The notes below the pieces were generated by a model that ran no database searches, had not been told where the DNA came from, and saw only the letters and a program-made list of their open reading frames with translations. A DNA stretch of 63,193 nt, the filler included, from Octopus bimaculoides (taxonomy: Eukaryota): the NCBI RefSeq assembly GCF_001194135.2. It is 6 parts of 6 records of this genome, joined end to end, with 100 filler letters (N's around TTAATTAATTAA, not from the genome) between each part and the next. Parts side by side here need not be neighbours in the genome. Positions count along the whole stretch, not along the records: positions 1 to 16,175 come from NC_068983.1; positions 16,276 to 26,566 come from NC_068990.1; 4 more parts are not named here. One strand, given 5' to 3'. Below are positions 13,041 through 24,819 of the stretch, piece by piece. How positions within the stretch are numbered: the first letter of the stretch is position 1; each line of letters begins with the position of its first letter. The position numbers and the translations under genes are program-made.

Positions 13041-13603
13041 CATGTAGAAATATTTTAATACTAAATTTATTCAGGCATTACAGAATTGATTCAGATTATC
13101 GTTAACCTCTACAATTGTAAGAGGTGCTCAAAGTGGTCACCATTAGCTTCCAGACACTTATTAGTACAGCATACTGCTGCTTTGGGCAACATTGGTCAAA
13201 AGTGTTCAAAAGATTGCTGCTCATGCCATTCAATTTCTTCCCAAAGGGCCATCAGTGTAGTTAGTTTTTTGCGATACATGACATCATTTATGGTGCCCTA
13301 TAAGTAAAAGTCTTCAAGTGTTTAATTGAGAGAATGTACAGAGAACTCAACTGCATCTCTTCACCTTATCCAGTGTCCTTGTAAATTCTCATCCAGGTGA
13401 GCTTGCACATCTTGGCTGTAGTGTGGTAGGGAAAACGGTCCTATTAAACCTCTTGATGACACTTCACACCAAAAAAAAGGCAAAACAGGTTAAAAGTGAC
13501 TTGTATTAATCCCATGATGTCTGAATAAATTTACCATTAAAACATTTCTACTTGTTTTCCTTTCACTGAAGTGTGTTTACATTTTTTTGGTGGACTCTGT
13601 GTA
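13041..13603 (-). mobile_element. Internally deleted Tc1-like element with long inverted repeats
   Basis: Minus translation WCEVSSRGLIGPF..HYSQDVQAHLDENLQGHWIR*RDAVEF...DFYL*GTINDVMYRKK...CLEANGDHFEHLL. 13041-13077 and 13518-13554 are inverted repeats (32/37 identical). Confidence 0.8.
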
Positions 13604-13674
13604 TGATGTATACAAAATGTGTGTGTACGTGCGTGTGTGCATACATATTTATATACTTTCATTTTATTTTCCAG

Positions 13675-13721
13675 TAATTCTTTTGTTGATTTATACCATG
13701 AAATCTCCAAGAATAAAAAAG
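13675..13721 (+). CDS. senju: Next coding exon of the senju-like transporter (47 nt)
   Basis: Acceptor attttattttccag|, donor |gtaagg. Phase-compatible with the previous exon (AA|T = Asn), giving ...YLKNNSFVDLYHEISKNKK(V/G), the loop before the conserved LYxVPAFLYCLYNNL. The following exon was not found before the segment ends. Confidence 0.75.
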
Positions 13722-14890
13722 GTAAGGCTGAAACAAACTTAATTTTATTCTGTGGTAACCTTGAACTTTTCCAGGGCTGTGATGCTAAAACATTGTACAG
13801 CTGACCATAATCCTGCAACTGTTGTGATGTTCTGTCTTTGCTGGCCTCTCTCGTTTGCCAGATCTAATAACATCAAGTTGTGAAAATGATTGCTCAAAAA
13901 AGAAGAGAAAAAAAAATATATGCATAACAACATTCTTCCTCATCTTAAACAGAATTACTAAGTAATTAAATGGTTGTTTTCATTTGTTATAGCCAATGAT
14001 TAGACTAATCATGTCATTTTATGCAGAAAATAGCATAGTTGTAGCTATAACATTTTACACTTAATAATTTTAATTGCAATAGACAGTACAATAATGCAGT
14101 GAGCATGTTTTTCACAATTAGTTTTATAATCCAAGCATTAATATTAGAATTTATTCAAATGACTGTGCTTTTTCTTTATACATTTATGGCCTTGTTTTGA
14201 TGTGAGAAATCATTATTATTATTATTATTATAGAGAAACACTCACCATTCTGATGTACCTCTGTACATGACTTGCATATCTCTCACAAACCATTCATCTG
14301 TTCAATGTTTCTTAATGACCACTAGTTTTCTCTTTTTGCCCTTGTAGCAGTTGACAGATATGGTTATGCTGATTAATTGGATGTGGCACTTTCTTGTTCT
14401 ACATGATTGACTATCCATGTCACTATACATGCTCTTCCCAGCCAAGATTTTTATCATCTAAATATCGCTGCTGTCAACTTTCTTCTGCTGGATTTATTGG
14501 CATAAGTCCTGTCTTCTATGCATTCTTTTCATTCAACAAACTTTCATAATCACACTTCTGTGCCTCTTTCTTTTCATCATTGGCAAGAGCAAACACAATA
14601 CTATCACTCCTTATATTCTGTCCCCAGTAACCTCTTGATTTTTCCATAGCAGTCTGTTTTGCAATCCAAAAATTTGTCATATCTCTGATCTTCCTGTTAC
14701 AGGATATGTTTGAAATTTCAGACTGTATTCTGAAATTAGTTGTCATACTTTACAATTTCTATAACCAAACTTCCATAGCTTCAGGCAGTCATAATGCAGG
14801 GGAAGCCAGTATTTTATTTCTTTTATTTACTTTTGATGATAAATTCATACAGAAATTGATAAGTTAGACATTCGTCTTTCATATATATAT

Positions 14891-16000
14891 CATCATCATC
14901 ATTTAATGTCTGTTTTCCATTCTGAAAACACCTTTTGAGCGAGACCGTTGCCAGTACCGTGTGACTGGCCCTCGTGCCGGTGGCACATAAAAGCACCCAC
15001 TATACTCTTGGAGTGGTTGGTGTTAGGAAGGGCATCCAGCTGTAGAAACTCTGCCAGATCAGATTGGAGCCTGGTGCAGCCTTCTGGCTTGCCAGTCCTC
15101 AGTCAAATCATCCAACCCATGCTAGCATGGAAAGTGGACGTTAAACAATGATGATGATGATGATGTGTGGGGTCAATGGTTTGACAGGATTTAGTGAGCC
15201 CTGAGCACCACAACAAGCTCCAATGTCAACTTTGACATGGTTTCTATGGCTTATGCCCTTCCTGATGCCATCCACTTTACTGTGTGCCACTGGCACTAAT
15301 GATGTTGCAAGATGATAAAAAAAAAAAACAGGAAGAAAAAAAGTAAAGTAAATAGCTCTTTGCTCAAGTGGCAGTGTATTTGAAAGAGAGGTGTTGAGAG
15401 GCTAAATTATGGTAGAGGGACGGGCACTGGAATCTTACCAAAGAGGAGACATTTGGCTAAATATCCCCCCCCCTCTGCATTATATAGGGGTAGCTGGGAG
15501 TTATTAGAAAGAAGGTAGAGATGGTGGTGATGAGATGTCAGAGAATCTCAAAATAGGTGAGTATAAGAGAGGACACAAACAGTGGATCAGGTGGGAGAGA
15601 AGGTAGTTTCATAAGATTTGGGGGGAGGGTAGTAGAGATGGGGGTGGTTAAAGTGAATGGCATAAGTGATGGACAAGAGTGGAGATGTAGTTGATGGAAA
15701 ATACCTGTATGGAGAGGAGGTAAGCTGAGAGTGATACAAGTGGCTCAGGGAGTAGGATAGATCAGAAAGTAGGGGAATGATGTACAAGGCATTGGATTTA
15801 TGAAGAGGGAGATGTAGAAGTACATGAGGGTGGCTATGGTAGGTGGGGCATGATGGCAGTATGAGAATGTGTTGAGAATGATAGCTGGTTTGGGAGGTGT
15901 TAGGGTAGAGTATGGCAGAGGGAAGAGTGTGGTGGCTGAAGGCACAGAAAGGTGATTGATGGAAATGGTGTGGGAAGGGATGATAATGGGAATGAGAAGG
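14891..16000 (-). mobile_element. Old RTE-type tail/UTR interrupted by a younger + strand RTE tail (14921-15165)
   Basis: catcatcatcatttaatgtctgttttccat resumes as ...gggtcaatggtttgacagg after an insert ending cgttaaacaatgatgatgatg. Confidence 0.65.
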
Positions 16001-16051
16001 AAGAGCTTCCAGGGTGGGAGTAACTATATATATTTATATATATATATATAT

Positions 16052-16175
16052 CAGTGCCCCCGGACTGGCTCATGTGCGGGCGACACATGAAATCTTTCGA
16101 GCGGGATCGTTGCCAGTGCCCCTGGACTGGCTCATGTGCGGGCGACACATGAATCTTTCGAGCGAGATCGTTGCC
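16052..16175 (+). repeat. Two copies of a ~62-bp unit from the RTE 3' UTR, cut by the segment end
   Basis: cagtgcccccggactggctcatgtgcgggcgacacatgaaatctttcgagcgggatcgttgc starts at 16052 and 16114. A related decayed sequence lies at 56575-56700. Confidence 0.75.
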
Positions 16176-16275
16176 NNNNNNNNNNNNNNNNNNNNNNNNN
16201 NNNNNNNNNNNNNNNNNNNTTAATTAATTAANNNNNNNNNNNNNNNNNNNNNNNNNNNNNNNNNNNNNNNNNNNN
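16176..16275. other. Artificial 100-bp scaffold spacer (44N-TTAATTAATTAA-44N); repeated with cores at 26611, 35634, 48694 and 62115
   Basis: The same 12-mer, with stops in all six frames, is centred in N runs five times. Confidence 0.95.
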
Positions 16276-16464
16276 GTGCTCTTGTTGTGATTAATATAGC
16301 TGTGATTCCATCGACACTCGACTCCACTGGTACTTAATCTATCGACCCCAAAAGGATGAAAGGCAAAGTCAACGCCGACAGAATTTGAACTCAGAACGTA
16401 GCAGCAGACGAAATACCGCTAAGCATTTCGCCCGGCGTGCTAACGTTTCTGCCAGCTCTCTGCT

Positions 16465-16465
<1 letters not shown>
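16276..16465 (-). mobile_element. SINE family C (tRNA-like head)
   Basis: Reverse reads ...gctggcagaaacgttagcacgccgggcgaaatgcttagcgg...gagttcaaattc (B box)...ggggtcgat. Confidence 0.85.
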
Positions 16466-16523
<58 letters not shown>

Positions 16524-16526
<3 letters not shown>

Positions 16527-16830
16527 GAACAAAAACAAACAGTATAAGATCATAGACTTAGCATTAGCATATGACGGTAGAGTGGATAGCAAGGAGATTG
16601 ATAAAATTAAGCAGTATCGGAATCTAACTAGGGAAAGGAAGAGACTGTGGAGGACAAAGATGACAGTTATTCTTGTGGTAATTGGTGAGCTTGGTACAAT
16701 GACCAAACTACTGTTTATGAAGCTGAAGAATACTGGAATTGCAGAAAAGTGCCGTCCTGTATTCTTTAAGTATCCTAAGAAGGATTCTTGGGATTCGATG
16801 AGACTTGTTGTCACCAAATCTCAAAAATCG
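16524..16830 (+). mobile_element. 5'-truncated Dong/R4-clade (RLE) retrotransposon fused to (TAA)n at 16464-16525
   Basis: KNKNKQYKIIDLALAYDGRVDSKEIDKIKQYRNLTRERKRLWRTKMTVILVVIGELG is the C-terminal restriction-like endonuclease (IID...EK..KY..L...W...V.P.VIG.LG). Confidence 0.8.
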
Positions 16831-17088
16831 TATTCTTCCTAATTAAATTAGTTCTAATAGCTTTTGAATATTGATACCAACAACAACAATAGTAACTTAA
16901 GCACAAAGCTAGTCATTTTGAGGGAAGCGGGGGGGGGGGGTTATCGCAAATCATCGATCCCAGTACTTGACGGAGACTTTATTTTATCGATCTCAGAAGA
17001 GATGAAAGGCATTTTTTTCCGACACGCCAAAGATCCTGCCATCTCGCCGCCCAAATAATAATAACAATAATAACAACAACAACAACAA

Positions 17089-17180
<92 letters not shown>

Positions 17181-18189
17181 GTAATAATAATAATAAAGAA
17201 AAGGTACATGAGAAAGCAGATGAAAATAAGTAGAGGAATGTTTCCATTGTACATGCATATATTTCACAGCAAAACTTCAACCAGGAACGAACTACGATAA
17301 TAAACTTGTATAAAATTTGGAGAGAAAATAACTTGGATTTAAACGTAACGTTGGATCCTAACATTATTTTACTTAAGAAGAGTCAAAACAAGTATCAGAA
17401 GGGGGATAAACATGGTGGGAAACAATCAGGGATTATGGAGAAAAAAATAACGAAAAAATGCCCCTGAAAGAAAGTAGGCCCAAGTAGAAAACGAATGCGT
17501 AAGAGGAAACCCCGATCTTTGATGAATTTTAATGAAAGCGGGGTTGTTGGTTTGGATATAAAGAAAGTTATAGACCAGATTTGGCATAACAAAACTACCT
17601 GTCTATAGGCTTCATCCATTTCCTATATCTTGGACCGGCGGCTTCCAGTTACATTACACTGTCGCAGCGCGTGCAAATAGAGCTCTTTGTTACCAAATAC
17701 TCTGGTATACTTCAGGATTCGGTTTTATCCCCCCATTACGCTTCCTCCTATCCATTAACCAACTAGTCGCCAAGAGCCTCTAATAACGTCCACTCTTATG
17801 CAAATTATGTCCCCTTTCATTCCTCAGTAACCACACTAATTCTATGAACAGAGACGTCGAAACAGGTTTAAATGAGGTCTTCTCCTTCAACAGTAAACGT
17901 ACACACACACATACACACACACACACACACTTATTGAACACAAGAAAACATTATCGCACCTTCTTAAACACAAGCAGCATGCAACAACATATTCCTGATC
18001 GCTTTAAACACAAGCCTCGCAACCACCATTGAGGGTCTTCCCTTGGGGAACAATCATTAACTCCTTTAAAGCATCGAAGATGTCTTTCTCTTACAGGCCA
18101 GAAGATACCTCAATCTCTACCAACTACTGACCTCCCTAACCTCTGGGGCTGCTCCCTAATCTGAAACAGTGTAGCCGCTACATAAAGGA

Positions 18190-18505
18190 GCACTCCGTCG
18201 GTTACGACGACGAAGGTCCCAGCTGATACGATCAACGGAACAGCTTGCTCGTGAAATTAACGTGCAAGTGGTTGAGTACTCCACACACACGTGTACCCTT
18301 AACGTGGTTCTCGGGGAGATTCAGCGTGACACAGAGTGTGACAAGACCGGCCCTTTTGAAATGCAAATGCAGGTACTACTCATTTTTGCGAGCTGAGTGG
18401 ACTAGAGCAACGTGAAATAAAGTGTCTTGCTCAAGGACACAACGCGTCGCCGGGAATTGAAATCACGATCGAGAGCCGAATGCCCTAACCACTAAGCCAC
18501 GCGCC
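18190..18505 (-). mobile_element. SINE family A, near full length
   Basis: Reverse: ggcgcgtggcttagtggttagggc (A box TGGCTTAGTGG), a B-box-like element, central ttgtgtccttgagcaagacacttt, and tail ending cgacggagtgc. Other copies at 27364-27654 and 49319-49617; partial copies at 19702-19838 and 28604-28845. Confidence 0.9.
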
Positions 18506-18750
18506 GCTATATACATAGGCACAAACATCCTAATCTCTATCCAGAAAAAAAAGAACCCTCTTGACTGAGTGTCTTGAAGTCACTGACAAAACATACCCCA
18601 ACTGTCCCCTCTCGACCATTGCTATCACACTCAGACGGCTTCTCTTCCTCAAAGATGGCTGGTCTTACGCCACCTGAAATCAGGCACTTTCCAGTCACTT
18701 ATCTCTCCCTTTCCATCCGCCATATTGCATTTAACCCTTCACTCAGACTC

Positions 18751-18927
18751 TACACCCAAGAAGAGAACCAATACACCCAGGGAGAGAACCAATACACCCA
18801 GGGAGAGAACCAATACACCCAGGGAGAGAACCAATACACNNNNNNNNNNCACCCAGGGAGAGAACCAATACACCCAGGGAGAGAACCAATACACCCAGGG
18901 AGAGAACCAATACACCCAGGGAGAGAA
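18751..18927 (+). repeat. 21-bp minisatellite (tacacccagggagagaaccaa)n, about 8 copies, spanning a 10-N gap
   Basis: Read directly; the first unit is a variant (tacacccaagaagagaaccaa). Confidence 0.95.
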
Positions 18928-20593
18928 TTATAGAAGGTCGACGTTCTTCCTAGAACATCGAATCTCTCTATATTTCTCTTTTACAGTCGTCGACTTCGAA
19001 CAGTTTAGGCGGAGCTTAAACCAGATTAATCTTACCCACCTCGGTTGGCGCACGGAGGCCATGAACAAACTCTATCTCTAGATCACCTTAATGAAAAAAA
19101 ATCTTCTCCTATGTCCGTATAAAGTCACGGTCCTTCCAACAACAAGAAATATTGATGGTCGTTTTGGACGAATTGCAGAAACGCGTAAACAAAAGATGAA
19201 GTGCAGACTGAGGAGGAAACTGACACAGACTTTATAGAACACGCAAGCACAACACAGTTTCTAAGATCCTGTGAACTATTATATGTTAGCGTTTAGGAAA
19301 ACGTGGGCACCTTTTCAACCAATCTCACATGGATTGTTCACAAACGCTTCTGAACTGAACATTTTGAATATCTGAATGTGTAGTACGTTTTAGAAGAGAG
19401 ACTATAGTAGGTTGCATCTGCTCCAGCCATGCAACTCCTTTTAAGAGACCCCAGAGAGAAAGCATGACAGAGTGAGATTGAACTCAGAATGTAAAGCGGT
19501 CTAGCTTGCTACTACACTCATCTCCCCCACCTCACAGTCTCTCTCTCTCTCTCTCTCGCTTCATCTCTCTTCTATATATATANNNNNNNNNNNNNNNNNN
19601 NNNNNNNNNNNNNNNNNNNNNNNNNNNNNNNNNNNNATATATATATATATATATATATACATACACATACACACACACACACACACTCACACATATGCAT
19701 AGCACTCCGTCAGTTACGACGATGAGGGTTCCAGTTGATCCGATCGAGGGAACAGCCCGCTCGTGAGATTAACGCGCAAGTGGCTGAGCACTCCACAGAC
19801 ACGTGTACCCTTAACGTAGTTCCCAGAGAAATTCAGCATGAGGCAGAAAGAAAGGAAGAAGGAAAGAAAGAAAGAAAGAAGGTATCTTCACACCCGAAAG
19901 CTATCCAGAGTGCTGCTATCATAAAAGACTGCGCTAAAGACATCCAAAGAACCAGGTGATGGTGCTGAACCGGGTGGCGGGTTAAGTCTACCATTGAAGA
20001 AAGTCTAATGAAGATTTTCTTAAATTAGCATAAGCTTCGGTGAATATTTAAAAAAATCCACAGTATATAACTGGTATTTATTTAATTAGCTTGCAACTTG
20101 GGGGGGGGGGTGATATTTTAAGTTACCACCGGCCAGATTCGAACTTACAATGCCGATGTAAGAATGTTTTCTTTTGAGCACACATAAAGTGAATTTTTGC
20201 AGATATTCAATAAACAGAATCATATATAGATTTCACATACTTATATACTATATATATATGCTGGAATCTCCTGTTGAATATGATGTATGAGTGTTCGATC
20301 TTTGCTGAACGACTTGCACCTATACATACATACATACATACATACATACATACATACATACATACATACATACACACGCACACAAACGTGCTAACCCCAA
20401 CCTGAATAAACAACTCACACACATGTGTGTATGTGTGTGTGAAATGATTTTTATTTGGAGCGGTGACTCTCGAAGTAGATAAAGCTATCAATAGAATCAA
20501 GTATATACATGTAGATTTTGGATGAAAAAAAGCTCGAAGGCTTCCCGTGAGACACGAACCCGTCAACAGTACATACGAATATATATTCAAACG

Positions 20594-20767
20594 TGTGGTA
20601 AGTAGCTTGCTTACGAACCACATTGTTCCGGGTTCAGTCCCACTGCGTCGCACCTTGGGCAAGTGTCTTCTACTATAGCCTCGGGCCGACCAAAGCCTTG
20701 TGAGTGGATTTGGTAGACAGAAACTGAAAGAAGCCCGTCGTATATATGTGTATGTATATATATATAT
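20594..20767 (+). mobile_element. SINE family B, 5' half ending in (TA)n and a gap
   Basis: Near identical to 60385-60560. The 3' half of the family occurs at 29255-29465 and 51150-51235. Confidence 0.9.
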
Positions 20768-21150
20768 NNNNNNNNNNNNNNNNNNNNNNNNNNNNNNNNN
20801 NNNNNNNNNNNNNNNNNNNNNNNNNNNNNNNNNNNNNNNNNNNNNNNNNNNNNNNNNNNNNNNNNNNNNNNNNNNNNNNNNNNNNNNNNNNNNNNNNNNN
20901 NNNNNNNNNNNNNNNNNNNNNNNNNNNNNNNNNNNNNNNNNNNNNNNNNNNNNNNNNNNNNNNNNNNNNNNNNNNNNNNNNNNNNNNNNNNNNNNNNNNN
21001 NNNNNNNNNNNNNNNNNNNNNNNNNNNNNNNNNNNNNNNNNNNNNNNNNNNNNNNNNNNNNNNNNNNNNNNNNNNNNNNNNNNNNNNNNNNNNNNNNNNN
21101 NNNNNNNNNNNNNNNNNNNNNNNNNNNNNNNNNNNNNNNNNNNNNNNNNN

Positions 21151-21188
<38 letters not shown>

Positions 21189-21670
21189 CATATTTATAAA
21201 ATTATATGTATGTATATATGGTGTGTGTGTGTGTGTATGTGTGTATGTATATGTATATACTATAAACATACAGAGAAGAAAGAAGAGTAAGAAGGTAGAT
21301 AAACTCTATATCTGCTACATTGAGTGTTCATTGACAAATGGAATTCGCTTAATCAGTGCATGTGTGTATATATATGTGTGTGTGTGAATTGTATGTGTGT
21401 GTGTACACATATATACACGCATACCTGCATTCACATAGGTGTATATTGCGCATAGGTGTAACACACCTATGCGCTTTCATATTTCTCCGTTGCATCGAAC
21501 TGCATATATGCACTGTATATATGTTATATATATGAACTTAGATATTTAGATGGCACACGTTTGTGTAATTGTAACATGCCTCCACATAGTCACATACACA
21601 ACCCTAAATATGTATGTATGTATGCATGCATGTGTGCGTATGCAGACACACGTGTATGTATCTGCCTATC

Positions 21671-21703
<33 letters not shown>

Positions 21704-22009
21704 NNNNNNNNNNNNNNNNNNNNNNNNNNNNNNNNNNNNNNNNNNNNNNNNNNNNNNNNNNNNNNNNNNNNNNNNNNNNNNNNNNNNNNNNNNNNNNNNN
21801 NNNACATACATGCATACAAACACCTTTCGTCCTTTCGCTTATGAAGGCTATATTCATATTTCCCCCCACGATAAACATACATACACGCAACTGAGAGTAA
21901 GAATCGAACCCAAACGTGACGTTTTGCTATGTCTACCTTATCAATCAGAGATCATAAAATCACTTTCTTTTTTGTTTTCATAAAAAGCGAGACAAAAACA
22001 CTATATATG

Positions 22010-22670
22010 ATGTTGTTTTTGTTGTTATTGTTGTAGTTTAATCTCCAGGTAAACGCCGATCGAACAGAACTATTGATCAAGACATTCTAACTGTGGCCAC
22101 CCTGTCTCTTTTTTTTTTTTTTTTTAATATATATTTATACACTTTAGACACATGCTATTCTCTCTGTATGGTATTTATTTTGTTGCTGTGACAAGATAAC
22201 AAGGCTGTGATTTTGCAGGAAGTTAGGCAGGTATTTTTAGCAAACTGCTCGACCACATAGAGTTCTTTGCTGCTCTTTCTACAACTGGTGCTGCTGCTTC
22301 TGCTGTTGTTGTTTTTTGTTCTATAGCCCCAGTTAATCTCCGGTTGAGAACACCTTTGAAGAAAAGCCTTTCCACCCATAAATGGCGAAACCGCCTTAAC
22401 CTAGATGCAACCAACTCATGGCCGCATAACCCAACGTGTTCATTAAGTGCTTTTCTTTTTCCTTTCTTTCAGACAACAGGTTATGATCTGCGGGAGATTT
22501 AGCCGTTAATTCCAGCTGGTCGAACGACCCGGTCACATACGGGTGCTCACCACCCTTGTAAGAGGACCGGTTGTGCATTATTGTTGCAGTCTAAGAGAGA
22601 TCTGGCTGCTGTTTCTAGCGGGCGTTGCGACCACGTAGCGGCTTCCTCGTTGTTTACTAGGGAGAAAAGA
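22010..22670. repeat. Cluster of short interspersed repeat fragments
   Basis: Two gagat(t/c)tggctgct(a/g)tttctagc...cgacc modules (about 22495 and 22600); the same module appears at about 805, 2880 and 38000 (-). Confidence 0.5.
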
Positions 22671-22916
22671 GCTGGTGAAAGGTGTGTCTAAGATAAACGA
22701 AAGTAGCGATGGAAAGGCTGGACTTAGTGAAATAAACAGCAAAAGTATATATAAAAAAACAATATATATCAATAATTAGAAGTCATTGACTTACCTGTGA
22801 TTAATTAATAGTACGATTTTTGATTGAGTTCCAGGGGTATATCCTGTAGTCCGTTGTTATTTTGAAACGAGATGTTGACGGGCATGTGTGAATGTATATA
22901 TTTATGATTGAAAAAA

Positions 22917-22955
<39 letters not shown>

Positions 22956-23605
22956 TGTATGTGTGTGTATGTATGTATGTTATGTATGTAAAGGCTTGAG
23001 TTTGGAGCGTGTATGCGACACAAGCACGCACGCGTGTTCAAACGTCAACACACTGAGAGACTCCAACGAGAAAATATATCTTTTACTCTTTCTCTCTCTT
23101 TCCCTCCCCCACTGCAGATCTCTCACTGTTTCTTTATCTCTCTATTTCTTCCTCACTCTCCCACTGCCACTCTCTAGCTCTTTCTCTCAATCTCGCTCTT
23201 TCTCCCTCCGTCTGTCTCCCACTCTCTCTCTCTCNNNNNNNNNNNNNNNNNNNNNNNNNNNNNNNNNNNNNNNNNNNNNNNNNNNNNNNNNNNNNNNNNN
23301 NNNNNNNNNNNNNNNNNNNNNNNNNNNNNNNNNNNNNNNNNNNNNNNNNNNNNNNNNNNNNNNNNNNNNNNNNNNNNNNNNNNNNNNNNNNNNNNNNNNN
23401 NNNNNNNNNNNNNNNNNNNNNNNNNNNNNNNNNNNNNNNNNNNNNNNNNNNNNNNNNNNNNNNNNNNNNNNNNNNNNNNNNNNNNNNNNNNNNNNNNNNN
23501 NNNNNNNNNNNNNNNNNNNNNNNNNNNNNNNNNNNNNNNNNNNNNNNNNNNNNNNNNNNNNNNNNNNNNNNNNNNNNNNNNNNNNNNNATTTATGATTGA
23601 AAAAA

Positions 23606-23642
<37 letters not shown>

Positions 23643-23893
23643 GGTGTCTGTGTGTGCATGTGTTTACATCTATGTGCATGCGTTCATCTTCGTGTGTGTG
23701 TGTGTGTTTGTGTGTGCTTGTGTGAGCGTGTGCGTGTATGCGTGTATGTGTGTGTGTGTGTGTTTGTGTGCGCGCGCGTCTTTCAAGAGAAAAATAAAGC
23801 AACCATAGTTGATTATTACGTGGATAAATATTATGCACGAAAGAGAAGGCAGCGAAGCCGAATCGAAACAACAAGAACAACACCAACAATACA

Positions 23894-23925
<32 letters not shown>

Positions 23926-24211
23926 TAATAATGGTACTGACAATGACGATGATGATGATGTTGATTATGATGATACAGAGTGAGGGGTGGGTGATAGGGA
24001 GAGGTGTCGGTTTTGGGGCTGGAGTTAGAAGGTGCACATTTGCAGCTCTGCTAGGTGTTGTTAACGCTCGCTTCTGCCGAGCATGTGCCGTGTGTGGAGC
24101 TATGCGAAATGTCTATTTGTCTGTCTGCTAGTCTCGTGCCGTGTATGCGTGTATGCATGCATGTTTGTATGCATGTATGTATACATGTATGTATATATGC
24201 ACATATGTATA

Positions 24212-24270
<59 letters not shown>

Positions 24271-24367
24271 GTTCCTGTCTATGTATGGGTTTGTTTATGT
24301 ATGTGTGGATGTGCGTGTGTGTATATGTACTTATATACGTATGTATGTATGTATGTATGTATATATG

Positions 24368-24407
<40 letters not shown>

Positions 24408-24630
24408 CGTTCCTGTCTATGTATGGGTTTGTTTATGTATGTGTGTATGTATATATATATATGTGTGTGTATATATGTACTTATGTACGTATGTATGTAT
24501 GTGTGTATGTATGCATATGTGTATGTGTATGCATGTGTGTATGTATGCATACGTGCATATGTGTGCATATGTGTGTGGCCTTGTATATATTGTACGTTTG
24601 TATGTTAGAGCAAGCAAGAGAGAGACAGAC

Positions 24631-24662
<32 letters not shown>

Positions 24663-24760
24663 TAAAATAGAAAAGAGAAAGGAGGTTAAACTGAGGATTA
24701 CGGTGGAGGGGGGGGGAATACGGAGTAGAAAGAGTGATTGCGAGAGGGGGGGAGTGAGAA

Positions 24761-24819
<59 letters not shown>

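Larger units (their letters stand above)
17520..19080 (+). mobile_element. Highly decayed CR1/Jockey-like LINE ORF2, split by (CA)n, a SINE and a minisatellite
   Basis: GLDIKKVIDQIWHN (~ALDISKAFDRVWH), SGILQDSVLSP (~SGVPQGSVLSP), VHSYANY (~YADD), SSKMAGLTPP, YRRSTFF(P)RT and FRRSLNQINL. Confidence 0.7.

Noticed and set aside
14300-14800. Non-repetitive stretch with partial minus-strand ORFs (MTTNFRIQSE...)
   Set aside because: Stops in all frames and no motif I can name; possibly an old TE. It needs TBLASTX.
18440-18505. tRNA-like A/B-box sequences (also at 49560-49617 and 60371-60440)
   Set aside because: These are SINE heads continuing into SINE bodies; no complete cloverleaf, so no tRNA gene is called.
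18751-18927. CRISPR-like or coding (TQGENQY)n interpretation of the 21-bp array
   Set aside because: There are no spacers, the context is eukaryotic, and the array sits in a dead LINE.
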